64,000 bases of DNA from the human T2T-CHM13v2.0 reference genome, Homo sapiens, in assembly GCF_009914755.1 (NCBI RefSeq), contig NC_060937.1; one strand, written 5' to 3'. Under the pieces are notes generated by a model that worked only from the letters and a program-made list of their open reading frames with translations, was not told the origin of the DNA and made no database searches. How positions within the stretch are numbered: the first letter of the stretch is position 1; every line of letters begins with the position of its first letter. A program made the position numbers and the translations under genes. Shown piece by piece: positions 15,713-29,005 of the stretch.

Positions 15713-18574
15713 CCAGCTGTTCACCCTTTTAAATTTAACTGTCCTCCAGTTTTATTTCTCACTTTCCTTTGCAAGCCCCTCACTCCCAACCACTTTTGCT
15801 CCCCGGGACTATCCTCTGCTCTGACTTCCTGGTTTCCCTCCCTCTGCCCTCACTCTGGGCACCAGCCCCTTCCATGTTGGCATTCGACTCCACACTTTCT
15901 GCTTTCCTACTTTGAGATTTGCAATACACTTCAGCCTTATTCACTTACTGCTGTTAGCCTAACCGATTAATACCATTTTTATGAAAAAATGTAATTGTAT
16001 CTCTTTAAAGAGACACAAGGAAATGAGAGGCATGAATGAACTGAATAATATTCATTATTTACTAAGCATCCACTACATTCCTGTCCTTCATATACATTGT
16101 CTCTATTCTTCACAACGCCTTTGAAAGAAGCTGTCATTTAGTCCCACGTTATACTTGAAGAAGTGATGCTGAGTGAGATTAGGTGACCTGTCCAAGGTCA
16201 TTCAGAGGTAGAATTTTATCTCACATCTTTCTGATTACATCATCTACCCTCTGTCCGCTATATCTCCCTGACTCTTAAGTGAATGAAAGTACCATGCCTT
16301 ATCACATTTCTCCTAAACAGAAGGAATAAGTGACAATAAGTCTACATGTAGAGATTTTAGATTTTCTCCATGCACTGCCTCTCACATACACATCTATACA
16401 GACGCCACCTTTAAATTTAACAAAGGAGGGAGGCAGAAAGTGGGAATAAAACAGTAAAGACACCAAAGGAAAACTGCTACTCTCCTCTCCTTGATGTTAT
16501 CTGTGAATGACTAAGTTCATTAGGAATCCTAGACTCAGGGGTTTTTGGAGTTGAAAGTGGTCTCGGAAGATATCCAGAATAACTCCTCTGTTTTACAAAT
16601 GAGGGAGCTGTAACTCAGAGACATAAAATCACTTGCCCAAAACATATAAATTAACATACTGCCCCGACCTGGGTGGGAGGTTATATTGATATTCATCAAG
16701 TGCTTATGGACAAACAAAATGTACCCAACCTGTCTACAAGCCCTGGAATGTTCTAGCATCACAGAGTGAGAGTAATTCCAGGCTCGAAGGGTATTCCTGC
16801 TGGGGCCCAAACCTTACCCCTCCCCTTCAGGGGCTCAAAAGGAGTCTACTAAGATAATTTAGAATTGGGAATGAGTGTGTTTCAAATGAATGCATGAAAA
16901 ACAAATCCACAAGGTATATGGCACTGACTTGTAATAGGCCCATAGAAATATTCTGATGGAGTACAACTTCACAGGTTGCCAAATGACAGAATAAGGCAAC
17001 TGTTTTTATAGTTATAATTTGCAAAAAAAATTATAGATATATATTTATATATGAATGGTGATGCAATGGTGAGAATAACTGTTCATTCTGTAACTATTCC
17101 TATCACTCTGTAGCTTTCATGCTAAGTAGATTACAAATATCATTGGATTTGCATAAGCATTAAGATAAATGAAATGTTAGGGAAAATGGAAGGAAAAAGA
17201 ACACAGATATGCTCTTTTAATATCTTGGTACCGGCATTAATGTCTTCTTTAATGTGATGTAACAATACTTGGCTCCTGGGCAGTTGTTTTTTTTAGTTAA
17301 TACCGTATCATCAGGAATTCAGTTTCTTCCCACCTGATTAGCAGCACGCCACCTCACTGGAATCTAGGAAGGAGCTAATGTATACTGAAACCAAATCTGA
17401 TGCTTAGAAAATCCTTGAGCTATTGAAAGGCACACCTGCGTTGCTTGGTAGGTGTACTGAATCTCAAGTAAGGAATTTCTGCAAATCTCCTGTTTAGTTG
17501 GCTAAACTGGTTTTCACTCCTATTGAACAACCCCAGGGTGGGGGGGATCCTCTATTTCTCTTTAATAACCATAATAAGCCAAAGAAATAATTTTCAATGC
17601 TAATTCCAGTGACTTAGACCTCAAAAGTAGAAAGGCTCAGAATATGTTTGAGGGCATTGTATGTCTTCGGGTCAAATTTATAGATCAGTTAGTAGTTTTC
17701 ATATTGGAAAAGATCTATAGCTTTTTGTAAAGACTAAACTATTGTTAACTAAGATGTTACTTTGAATAATTTAGAGGAGGCAACCTTTTTTGATGTATTT
17801 ACTTTTATATTTAAATTAAGAATAGTCTCTTATGAAATTTCAGTGAACTGAATCCTAAAGAAAATAAGGAAGCATTTATCAGTCGAAAGTACTCTGTAAA
17901 TCGGCTTGCAGATTAACTGCAAAGGTTATTTGGGAACTGTATAATCTTAAAGCAAAACAAGACATTTATCCATTACTTCTTTTCAAAAATCTCTATTTGG
18001 TCCATTTTTATTTTCTGGACATTCTTTTTTTAGATTATATGCTACTCCATAATATCTTTAGAATTCTCCTGACAAAACTAGCTTGAGAAGCATAAGATAT
18101 AAGACATTCTAAAATAAAAATGTTTGATTCATTACATAATATTATCTAGGTATTAAAGAAAGTTAACATTTTTCATTCTTTGGTCAGGAACTCATGGCCT
18201 CCAACATACAGCTTTCCACAGTAACTATGTAGTACATCCTAGGGAAGATAAAGAAAAGAGTTTAGGGTTGTCCAACCTCATAGAAAGGAGAAAGGAAAAT
18301 TAACCAAGTCCACAGGCATGACGACCCTAGTCTGTTTTAGCTGCCAAAGGAACTAATAATGCTGCCATTTAAGTTTTAATTTATGGATTGTTTGTGGTGT
18401 TTCCCATCCCTTTTAAGTTGAAATTGTGTGTTGCAATCTCTACAGTAATAGAATATTTCTTTTTTCAAAGTATTCAACAATAAGTTTAATATTCTTTCTT
18501 CCTGTGATGCATACCACCATCCGTTATGCTAAATTAACTGTTTATACACACATACACAGAGCTCAACTGGTCAG

Positions 18575-18665
18575 AGCTGTGGTTCTCAGCCTGAGTCCAC
18601 ATTAGAAGTTTTGGAAATACTGCTACCAAGGCCACCCCCAGAGATTCTGGCTTCACTGGTGTGGC
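18575..18665. mobile_element. MER5-like hAT DNA transposon fragment
   Basis: gtggttctcagcct...ggccacccccagagattctg pattern. Confidence 0.55.
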
Positions 18666-19361
18666 GATGCGGCAGAGAGAAGAGTGTTCCAAGCAGGAAT
18701 TCAGAATTTGTTTCTTCCGGATGCTATGTTGCAACGGTAATCTGGGCTTATGGATTTTTGAAGTATAATGGGTAGAGCTACATTATGTGTTAAATAAACT
18801 TTGCAGACTGGTTTAAAACACCAAACCATTCTTCAAAGTTCTTTCTTTAAAACAAACAATGTGCCTTTGGATCCAAACAGTGGACTTTATAGCAACTAGG
18901 TGATAAATTAGGAAGTGCTTGAGTCTTAAAGGTCACAGCACTACACTTGTTTTGTGGCAAAAGTAAGTCAGGGTTTTGTCTAGTAAAAACAAAGAAATAA
19001 TCAATTTAGTGAGTATCTACCATAGGCAAGCCACGGTAAACAAAGGGACTATCGAACAAGGCCAGGAAATAAAGTATTAAATTTGTGTAATTTGTAATTT
19101 TAGAAAAATCAGTAAGAAATGTTATGGTTAGTGGGTTTTGTGTTTTTCAAATAGTAATTGGATCAGAAATAGGCAGATTGTTCAGGAAGGAATATGGCAT
19201 AGAAATAATAGTGGAAATATGCTGGAGGGCAAAAAAACAGATGATAAAACACTTTAAAAAGGCAAGCCATACAAAAGAATAGAGGATGCTTTGTAGTCAT
19301 TGCTCAAAGGTGACTGATTTGCATAGCAAGGAGGATGAGAAGGAAGAGGTTAGGAAGATAC

Positions 19362-19510
19362 TTTTTTTTTTTTTTTTTTTTTTTGTATTTTTAGTAGAGA
19401 CGGGATTTCACCGTGTTAGCCAGGATAGTCTCGATCTCCTGACTTCATGATCCGCCCGCCTCGGCCTCCCAAAGTGCTGGGATTACAGGTGTGAGCCACT
19501 GCGCCCAGCC
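19362..19510 (-). mobile_element. AluY-like left monomer with long A-tail
   Basis: gttagccaggat..tctcgatctcctgac diagnostics, TSD agatactt. Confidence 0.85.
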
Positions 19511-20899
19511 AGGGAGATACTTCTTAAACTCAGTTTTTAAGTTTAGGTTACCAGTGAACCTAACATGATACATCAGGACAAGCTGGGGTTCAGAGCAGAA
19601 CAGTAGGGTAACCATGTCTGCATTGTCACCCTTGTACCCATTCACGAAAGCCATGGGACCGTTAAGCACAGAGAAGCCCACTACCTGCCAGCCGCTGCAC
19701 GGCTGCAACAAGAGTAGGACTTACTTCGTGTTCTCAGAGCACAGATTACAACATTCGGGTAGACATTGAAGAGAGACAGATTTGGGGCTCAATAGGAAGA
19801 AAAGCTTTTTAAAAGGGCTGTCAAAACAACATGAAGAAAAACAGAATAGATACGTTGCCATGCACTGAACTGCTGGTCCTGAAGGGTGGAGCATGGGCTA
19901 AACATTATCTCTAGAAATAGACAGGATCATTGTTTTGAGTGTGGAGCGTGTCCTGCTGGTCTACAGTGATTCTTCCAATCTAAGTTTTGATGATTCTATG
20001 TCCAGCTTCCTCTCTTCTCCAGTCACCTTGTCGCCTCTAATTTCACTGGGCACCCATTTGGTTAAAAAAAAAAAGTGACAAAGGGAAATTAAGAAATTCT
20101 TCACATTGAACCAGAGTGTTTCTACCTAAAGATAGTGACACAGAGGGTTAGCACGAGATTTATCACAGCAGACTGATTGATAGGTTTTAGACCTTTCCTT
20201 ACTTTTGGCAACAAGTGAAACCTGGAAGCTCATAACAAAACTGCAAGAACCTTTAAGTGGACAAATAATAACCCGTGTCCTTGTTCTCTCATTTATGCCC
20301 AGATTTGTGGCCTCAGGAGCCAGAAGTACACCTTGATCTTTATGTTTACCTTGAGACAGCAATGAAGGGATGAAGGAATGAATGAGTTTATATTTCAATT
20401 AGGCGTGAGAGATGGAGGTGGTTTAAAAAAAAATAAAAGACAAGATAGCAGTTTTGACTGGGATAACAGCATCCTTTCATAGAATAGCCTCTAGACCTGG
20501 AAGCTGGAAGGGACCTACAGGGAAAATGTGTTGAACAAATGCCCTCTGCGTAGTGCATTAGTATGAGTACACCAGCAAGATCAAGATCGTCAGGATGCCC
20601 CATCTGCTGCTATCTTGACTTTAGGCCTGTGCCACGCACCGTTTTGCCATGACTTTCCGCATAGCACCAGGCCAAAAAGAACTGCAGAGTTTTGAGGGCA
20701 AGGCCGGTTTCCAGCCCAGAATCTGCAATGATCCCTCCTTGACAAGTCAAACAGAGTCACCCAAACAAGCGTGGCACGCAAACCTTTAGAGTTCAGCAAA
20801 CCGAGGGCTGAGTTACCAAACCGTGTCCTTTCAGGGCATGCAAAAGGCTTTTCCTGCTCTGCTTCTACAAGGTAGTCAGGAAGCCAAGCTATTTGCCTT

Positions 20900-21800
20900 G
20901 GGTAGGGCTGGGTGGGGGTGGTGAGGTGGGGGCGCAGCAGGTTGTCCACACCCGGTTGCCAGTCTGAACCTGAGCCGCTCCAACAAGCGAGCCCTTCTCC
21001 GCGGCCCTTTGGCTCAGGGGAGCGCAGGCCGGCCTTCCTCCCGCACGCGGGCGCGGGCCAGCTGCAGATGGAGAACCCGGGGGGCGACCGCGAGCCCTCT
21101 GAGGCCCCTCAAGGGACAGGGCATGGGTGTGAGGGGTCGCGTGCGCCCCCTGGCGCCGGGTCCGCTGGGCGGGGTGGTGGGCGGGGACGGTGGGCGGAGG
21201 CGGAGGCGGGAGGCGGAGCCCCGGGGTTGGGAGTGCGGGGGTCGCGGCGCAGAGTGGGAGCCGGAGAGCGAGCGCGGCTGCAGCCGGCGGCATGGCTAGC
21301 ACGGCTTCGGAGATCATCGCCTTCATGGTCTCCATCTCAGGCTGGGTACTGGTGTCCTCCACGCTGCCCACCGACTACTGGAAGGTGTCTACCATCGACG
21401 GCACGGTCATCACAACCGCCACCTATTGGGCCAACCTGTGGAAGGCGTGCGTTACCGACTCCACGGGCGTCTCCAACTGCAAGGACTTCCCCTCCATGCT
21501 GGCGCTGGACGGTCTGCATCCCCGCGGCCCCCGCCCTCAGCCCTCCTTCCTTGATGGCCAGCCCGCTAGGCGCCCTCTCGCCCCCAATACCCCCAGCGGG
21601 ACCCCTAGACTGGACTTCTCTGAGGCCCGACCCGTCTCTCCCCACAGGGCCTTAGGGAGCCAGGGACGCTCCTGGTGCCCGCCCTCTCCTGATGGCTGTC
21701 TCGCGGGGCGCCTGTTCGAGCCTGGGACCCCGGGAGGGGGGACACGCAGACAGGCCCGGGTTGGTGACTCCCAGGCGTCGGGGGATGGGGAAGCTTTGCG
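20900..21800 (+). promoter_or_regulatory. CLDN10: CpG island / GC-rich promoter of CLDN10b with Sp1-type GC boxes
   Basis: Dense CpG and several GGGCGG/GGCGGAG boxes at ~21165-21220 just upstream of the ATG. CpG richness tails off to ~22300. Confidence 0.85.
21292..21511 (+). CDS. CLDN10: Claudin-10 isoform b, coding exon 1b (MASTASEIIAF...MLALDG)
   Basis: ATG in good Kozak context (GGCGGCATGG). Translation shows claudin TM1 and the ECL1 signature W30...NLW50-C53...C63. Ends G|GTCTGC in phase 1; 220 nt. Confidence 0.98.
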
Positions 21801-23585
21801 GTCCTGAGAGTCAAGGAAGCGGCTGCCCTCCCCCACCCCCCATATCTTGGGGACCGCTGGGACCCAGAGTTCATGCTGCAGGGGCTTGTCTCCTCCACCT
21901 CCCTCCCCTACGTTCCCCGAAGGCTGGGTTCTGATAAAAATGGTGTCATTGCAAGCCAAATCCGTTTGTCCTGACCTCCCTTGAGCCATTTCGTTGGTTC
22001 TTTTAAAAGTAGGCGGGGGTGGGGGTTGAGAGGTTGGAAGCGGGAAAACATATTGCAGAATTTGTTGTTGTTATTGTTTCCCTTTAAAGAGCTTCTACAA
22101 ACTTGTCTGCCTAGGCAACACTACAAACACTTCCTCCGAGTTTTAGGAAAATAATAGCCCTTGCGGTGCCGCGATGAGTCCGCAGAGGGTAGGGAATCTT
22201 GGGCCGTGAGAGCGTGGCGCCGGGAGCTGACCAGTTCTGCATCCGAGTCCCCGGTGCCTGCTGCTGTCCTGGGTTGTTCCTTTGTGGAGGTTCACCTGCG
22301 TTGCTCTGGTTAGTCAGGCCTTATGCTGGTAGCAGCTGGTGGATATTCACACAGAACTCTGGCTCTGTTGAGTTTCAAGACAACAGCCGATGTCAGCCCG
22401 GTCCCATTGATTGCTCAAGTTCTAGGCCCGTTGCTTCCAGGATTTTACAGCAAACGAATCCTGGCAGAAACTTAAGAGGAGTTATTTACATTACATATTT
22501 CTAGATTTGAGGTGTTTTTTTCTTTTATTACCGCACTTGCAGGTTTTGTTTACATAGCTGGGTAAATGAAAGAAAATAGTTGATTCCTCTAAGATGGGGT
22601 TTGCCACGAAGAGCAAACTGTTGCTCAACGTGGTATTTGATGGAACCTCCGTATAAGGAATACGCATCTAGTTTTAGAAGGGTGGCGCCCGGGTCCGTGT
22701 CCTGTTCGGTAAAATAAGCAGCCGGAACAGTGTTTATTCCCCAGCATTACCGTTGAATTTCCTGTGGTTTGTAGAGCACGCATCCAGGTAGATGAACAGG
22801 CATTCTCTTGTTCCTGTGATTTATAGTCAGCAATGTGTTACTGTCCTCTGAACACTCTTCTGTTGTAACTCTATTGTTCTCTGAGATAGTGTGCCAGATA
22901 GGTACGCTTCCTTCTGTAGGACAGTTGGGGGACAAGGGAGAGAAGGAAATGAATGCTCTATGAATATTATTAAGTGCAGAATAATAAAGTTTTCTCCTAC
23001 ATGTCTGCAGTGAGAGTGGAGGTGGTACCATACCTGTTTGGGGGCAGATCGGGCCGGGAGTGAAGAGGAAGTAGGAATAGTTGTCCTGGTTAGCTGGGAG
23101 GAGAACAGAGAGGAGTGACATTTTTATGCCATCCAGCTTGCAAAATGGCCTTCCTGTGTGCTCATGTGACTAAAAAATGACTTTTAAAAACATAAATGGC
23201 ATGACACTACCTACTGTTGTACAACACTTTAAAATCAATGTATTTTTCCAAGTCATTACTTAATAGAAGTGACTTGACTCTGTGTAACTGCTGCATGGTA
23301 TATTCATTAGACTGCATAAAATGGCTTAGTTAACCATAGATCCATTGTGGACATTGGACCTTTTCCAGCTTTTCTTTGTTGGTGGTGCTTTACTGAAAAT
23401 CTTATATTCACCTCTTTGTATGTGTGTGTATTTCTGTAGACTCCATTCCACTGAGAAATGGTATCGTAAGAGCAGTAGAATACACGTGCATTTTAATATT
23501 CAGTTCATACTGTCAAATTACTTTCCACTGACAGTGTATGAGAATACCTGCTTCTCCACATTCTCACCACTCTGTGTTAATCCAG

Positions 23586-23889
<304 letters not shown>

Positions 23890-24589
23890 ATCTTATCATT
23901 TTAGTTGGCATTTCCCTTATTGCCGTGGTCAAAATCACTGGTTATAAAAATGGTCAAAACTCACTGACCGTTTTTTTTTCTCTTTTGTGAATTGGCATCC
24001 ATATCTTAGGCCCATGGTTCTGTTGTTTCTTTGTGGTTTCGATGATTTGTCAGTCCTTGATTTGTTATGTAGGTTGCAATCTCACACCATTGTTCATCTT
24101 TTAAATTTATGATGCCTTTTCTCATACAGGACTTTGAAATTTGTAATAGAATCATATTTATCAGCCTGTTTTTTTGATGACTTTCCTTCTGTGGCTTAAG
24201 ATGGCATTTCTTACCGCAAAACAAACTTACTTTTCTGTATCTCTCAGAATAACATCTTGGAGGGTTAAATCATGCAACTGTGTTTTCCTGTGGAGGGGAG
24301 TTGATTCCCCCACCTGCAAGTGGAAGCTTCCAGGGTAGGGGCCCTCTGTTTGTCCTCTACCTTGCATTCCCAGGGCAGCCACATCTGGTGGGTGCTGGTC
24401 CTGACATTGCCTTTGGAGAAAGTGGCCATGGTGGCCTGAGTGGAACAGCCCTCCCCTTAAACCCAGGTATGAGCTCTAGATTGGGAAGAGAATCCAGGAA
24501 GGGAGAGAGAAGGCTCGTGACTCTTGCCTATCTTGTGTTAGGTAGAAGAACTCTTGGAGTCAAACGACGAGGTCATTATTCTGAATTTC

Positions 24590-24900
<311 letters not shown>

Positions 24901-27185
24901 TAAAGAAATCTCTGATTCCCCTCCCCTAGGGGTATCATTGCCACTTGTTTTCCTTATAAGAAAAATGAGGCCTAGCAAAGCTATATGTCTAGATTTAACG
25001 TTATGCCATATTAAGAACCCAGCTCTAATTTCTGCTTAGAATCCATTGTAGTATTATAATATGACGGGATGCTTTGATGACTTTCTTACTGCTCAGCAGA
25101 CATCCATATTATTCATCCTGTGAAGGAGGTGCTGCCATCCCTGTTTTACAGATGAGAGAACTGAGCCTCAAAGAGATTAGGTCCTATAACCAAGTACATA
25201 CCTTGGGTAAATAGAAGCACCAGAGGTGAAACTCAGAGTTCCTGCCCTCCCCATACCACTGTTCTCTCAAAGGATTTGCAGAAGTACACAAAGCTACCAG
25301 GAAAAGAAAAGCACATTCTTTTTTCCCCCCTAAATCCATCAACTAGCACAGGTGCTATTAGCGAATTGTCTCCACCAAGTGGATGTTTTCGTTTTTTGCT
25401 GATTTGCAATTGAAAATAAAGTACACATAATTTGGAAAACACTTAACTTTTAAGGAACACCTTGAAGCTTTCCTCCAACAGAGTTCATTAATTTAAAGTC
25501 ACTGTATTTTACTATTTGAAAATTTCACAGCTGAATGAGCTTGTGATTTCTGTTTATTGTTAACCCATACTCCTTTCAAAGTACCACTTGAACTTCAGCT
25601 GAGTATGATTTTCAGCCAGCTTGTTTTTAGTGTATGCCATCTATTTTTGCTAGTGGGAATGCTTGCCATTTCTCCCAGGAGAACTAACTATAAATTATAC
25701 TTCAGAGAACTTCTAAATAAATATGTTCATGCCTCAGCACCTTAATGTGTTAATTAGCTATTAACAGTGTCAGTAAATTAGACCTGTCAAAAATAATGGC
25801 CTCCTTGACTAGGTTTTTACTAACACTTCTCCTCGTGGTGTTACTTGTAAGTTTTGCCCTCAGGAACTGTTAGAAAGCAAGGCTGTAGAGGTCTGCTTTG
25901 CAAAAGATGAACTCTGAAAGGGTTTGTTGGAATCATCTTGGCTCCAATCTGTGGGTGTTGTAAGGACTGGTAGCCTTAGAACACTGAGAATTTACAAATC
26001 TCAGGCTTACGAGCAACTCCATTACATTTATGGCTGGCAGGGGAGTTTATCCCCTGCTCTTTGCTCTCCATTTCAGAAAATCTGGCCAATGATCGTCCTT
26101 GTAAATTGCCTTCTTTGTGCATGCGCAAAATTAACAAGTTATGGCTGCTGTTCATGCTGGAGAAAGGTACCTCATTTTCCAAATCCGGGTTCTGGTTGGC
26201 ACAAAAGAAGGACCTGACCAGATCAGAATCTGCCCTGCCCACTTCTCCTCTCATGCTTGTGTCAAGAGACCAAAGTGGGTCCTGCTGCCAATACCAGGGC
26301 TGGGACGGGGCATCTCAGAGTGAGAAACTCGGGAAAAATGTTATCAGTGGTGATTACATAAAGTTCAAAGACTACTGTTATTTTCCCTGTTGTATTAAGA
26401 ATCGAATGGGTTGGCCTGGGATTCTACCCACTGTTTATCATCTGGGAAATGCATTCCGCGTTCTAAATGACCAGATTGTAGAATTTAACCTTTGGTAAAT
26501 TCCCGACAACTTGCACTTTCTGTTAACAAAGCATGGAAGTAACTAAAGGCAATGCAAATTAGGGTACATGCTAATGTTTTCTGGGAGTATATATAAATGG
26601 ATGAGTCCCCCATTTTTTTGTTTATTTAATGACTGCAGTCAGAGTCAGCTATAAAACCTCAAAACCATAGATTAAAATGAATTTCACAAAAAGAGCGAAA
26701 CCACACTGTCCGAGTAGCCCTGGTGGCAAGTGATGAACCAGTTTGGGTTATCCTCACAGGCTCTCTTCAAACTTGCAAGGGACTGACAGGCTTCCCCTCT
26801 CTGTCTTGCCTCTACCTGCTGTCTGGGCTCTGGCTGGGGAGCTCGAGGACTGAAGTTTAAAATACAGCTGGTTCAGCATTTGGCAGCGGAGACCCAGATA
26901 GCCCTGCAGCACAATGATTGCTATGAAAGAAGCCTTCATTATCCTGTTTTGCTAAAAATAAGTTTGTTTTGCTGTTTTTGATAGCCACGGTGTTAGTGAA
27001 ATTGTTTTCTGTATGGAAATATTTCACACTACACAATGGAAGGTCACTGTCCTTGCAGTCTGCATTTGTGGGAGTCTAAAGTGTTTACAATTAAGTAGAG
27101 CAGCTCCTGTTTGCTCTTCAAAAATGGGTCCAAGGAATAGGATTAAAACTTCAATTTCATTCTTTTCCAAAGAAACACAGACTGG

Positions 27186-27490
27186 GGCCAGGTGCAGTGG
27201 CTCATGCCTTTAAGCCCAGCATTTTGGGAGGCCAAGGCAAGAGGATCGCTTGAGGCCAGGAATTCGAGACTAATCTGGGCATTACAGCGAGACACTGTCT
27301 CTATAAAAATTTAAAAATTAGCCATAGGTGGGGGCAAGCGCCTATGGTTTCAGCTACTCAGAAGGCTAAGGCAGGAGGATCTCTTGAACCCAGGAATTTG
27401 AGGCTGCAGTGAGCTATGATTATGCCACTTCCCTCCAGCCTGGGTGGCAAAAGTGAGATCCTGTGTTAAAAAAAGAAAAGAAAAAAAGAA
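27186..27490 (+). mobile_element. AluJ-like
   Basis: gaggatcgcttgaggccagg and gaggctgcagtgagctatgat diagnostics. Confidence 0.88.
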
Positions 27491-28673
27491 ACTGAACTGG
27501 AGGCCACTAGTATGTACTCCCTAAATTCATGATTATCATGGTCTCGGAATTATTATTTATCATGGCTCTGCTTGAACACCAATAATAAATGACTTATCAT
27601 ATATTGACACATAAGAGGTTTTTTCCAGTTAAAAAGTTTAATTCCAAACGTAAACCTGATGTAGGTATATATGTTTATTTGCTTAGCAGATACTTACTTA
27701 CACCCGGTATGTGCTACTATCACTATTTTAGATCGAAATATGGCATTGTTTCAGGCTGAAATGAAAATGGCTTATGTGGTAAAAGCTTATTAGTTTAAAC
27801 CCTGTTAATGTAAAAACCTGGACAAAAGCCACACTGAAGTTTACCGTGTACCCTGGCTGTGCAAATAAAAATACATGACTAAGAACATGAATAGCACAGG
27901 AAGGATGAACAAACGAACTGACAGAACATACTCGTTAGGGTACTTTAAAGGCATTCATTTATAAAAGAACAGTTGACTTAATCACTATAAATTACTCTTC
28001 TACAAAATAGTGCTTTTTAAAACCCAGTTTTATTATATACACCCTGAAAACAATAGTACTTCACTAAAGTATTCCCTTAGACCCCCCATGGTTCATGATG
28101 ATATTCCAGTTAGTCTGCTATTAATAAGCGTCCACTAATATTGGAAGGTTTGACCCTTTGGATCTCTTTCTGCCACCCAGTTATAAATCTTATCATTTGA
28201 TAATGTCAAAACCATTAAAACACCCTTTTAAAGTCCAATGAGCGGAGGAGCTACAGAGTTGTGATGGTGGCAGATGATGTTTTTTCACAGTGAAAGGCAC
28301 CTTTCACTGTGGAATTTCACTATATGGAATTCGTAGTCTGATTTGGGATGGAATCCATGTCTGCCACTTTCTAACTCACCTCTGGTAAGTCACATAACCT
28401 TTGTGTGCCTCAGTTTCCTCACTGGTGAATATGGAAATAACACTCAGATCTATCCTGAGGATTCCCCATAAACCGCACTTCACAGTGTGTGACCTAGAAT
28501 AGGCACTCCCTGTAGATTAACTTGCTTTCCTTTCTTGCTTGTCTTGCCACATGTTTTCACCATCACAGTTATCTTTTTGGAAAACAAACATCCAGAATGA
28601 CAACGTAAAATGAGGATTTCTCCCTGGACAGCCACATGCTTTATGTAACGTAAATGACCTACTCTAATTGCAG

Positions 28674-28835
28674 GTTATATACAGGCATGTAGAGGACTTA
28701 TGATCGCTGCTGTCAGCCTGGGCTTCTTTGGTTCCATATTTGCGCTCTTTGGAATGAAGTGTACCAAAGTCGGAGGCTCCGATAAAGCCAAAGCTAAAAT
28801 TGCTTGTTTGGCTGGGATTGTATTCATACTGTCAG
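28674..28835 (+). CDS. CLDN10: Claudin-10 exon 2 (GYIQACRGLMIAAVSLGFFGSIFALFGMKCTKVGGSDKAKAKIACLAGIVFILS)
   Basis: ttgcag| acceptor, |gtaaat donor, 162 nt. Phase matches exon 1b; contains the claudin GMKCT motif. Confidence 0.97.
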
Positions 28836-28923
28836 GTAAATAGTAACTTTCTTCCAAACAAGGTACTTGATGATGTTAATGAAATCACACTAACCATAGT
28901 GCTTTCCCTCTAATATTTGTTAG

Positions 28924-29005
28924 GGCTGTGCTCAATGACTGGATGTTCCCTATATGCAAACAAAATCACAACGGAATTCTTTGATCCTCTCTTTGTTGAG
29001 CAAAA
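28924..29005 (+). CDS. CLDN10: Claudin-10 exon 3 (GLCSMTGCSLYANKITTEFFDPLFVEQK)
   Basis: ttgttag| acceptor after an 88-nt intron, |gtaagt donor, 82 nt. Contains the ECL2 EFFDP motif. Confidence 0.97.

Noticed and set aside
21190-21291. In-frame GTG-initiated N-terminal extension of claudin-10b in the ORF track
   Set aside because: Lies in GC-box promoter sequence, probably upstream of or at the TSS. The ATG at 21292 has a strong Kozak context and gives the expected 228-aa protein.
20889-21989. Several overlapping 100-250 aa ORFs on both strands
   Set aside because: Expected stop-codon scarcity in a CpG island. The translations are low-complexity Pro/Gly/Arg/Ala with no recognisable domain.
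25748-25766. TGTTAAT-TAGCT-ATTAACA palindrome as an HNF1 site
   Set aside because: HNF1 half-sites need a 1-bp spacer and this has 5. Likely chance in AT-rich DNA.
26061-26498. 145-aa non-ATG ORF in CLDN10 intron 1
   Set aside because: No recognisable homology, no convincing splice framing, and its length is within chance expectation.
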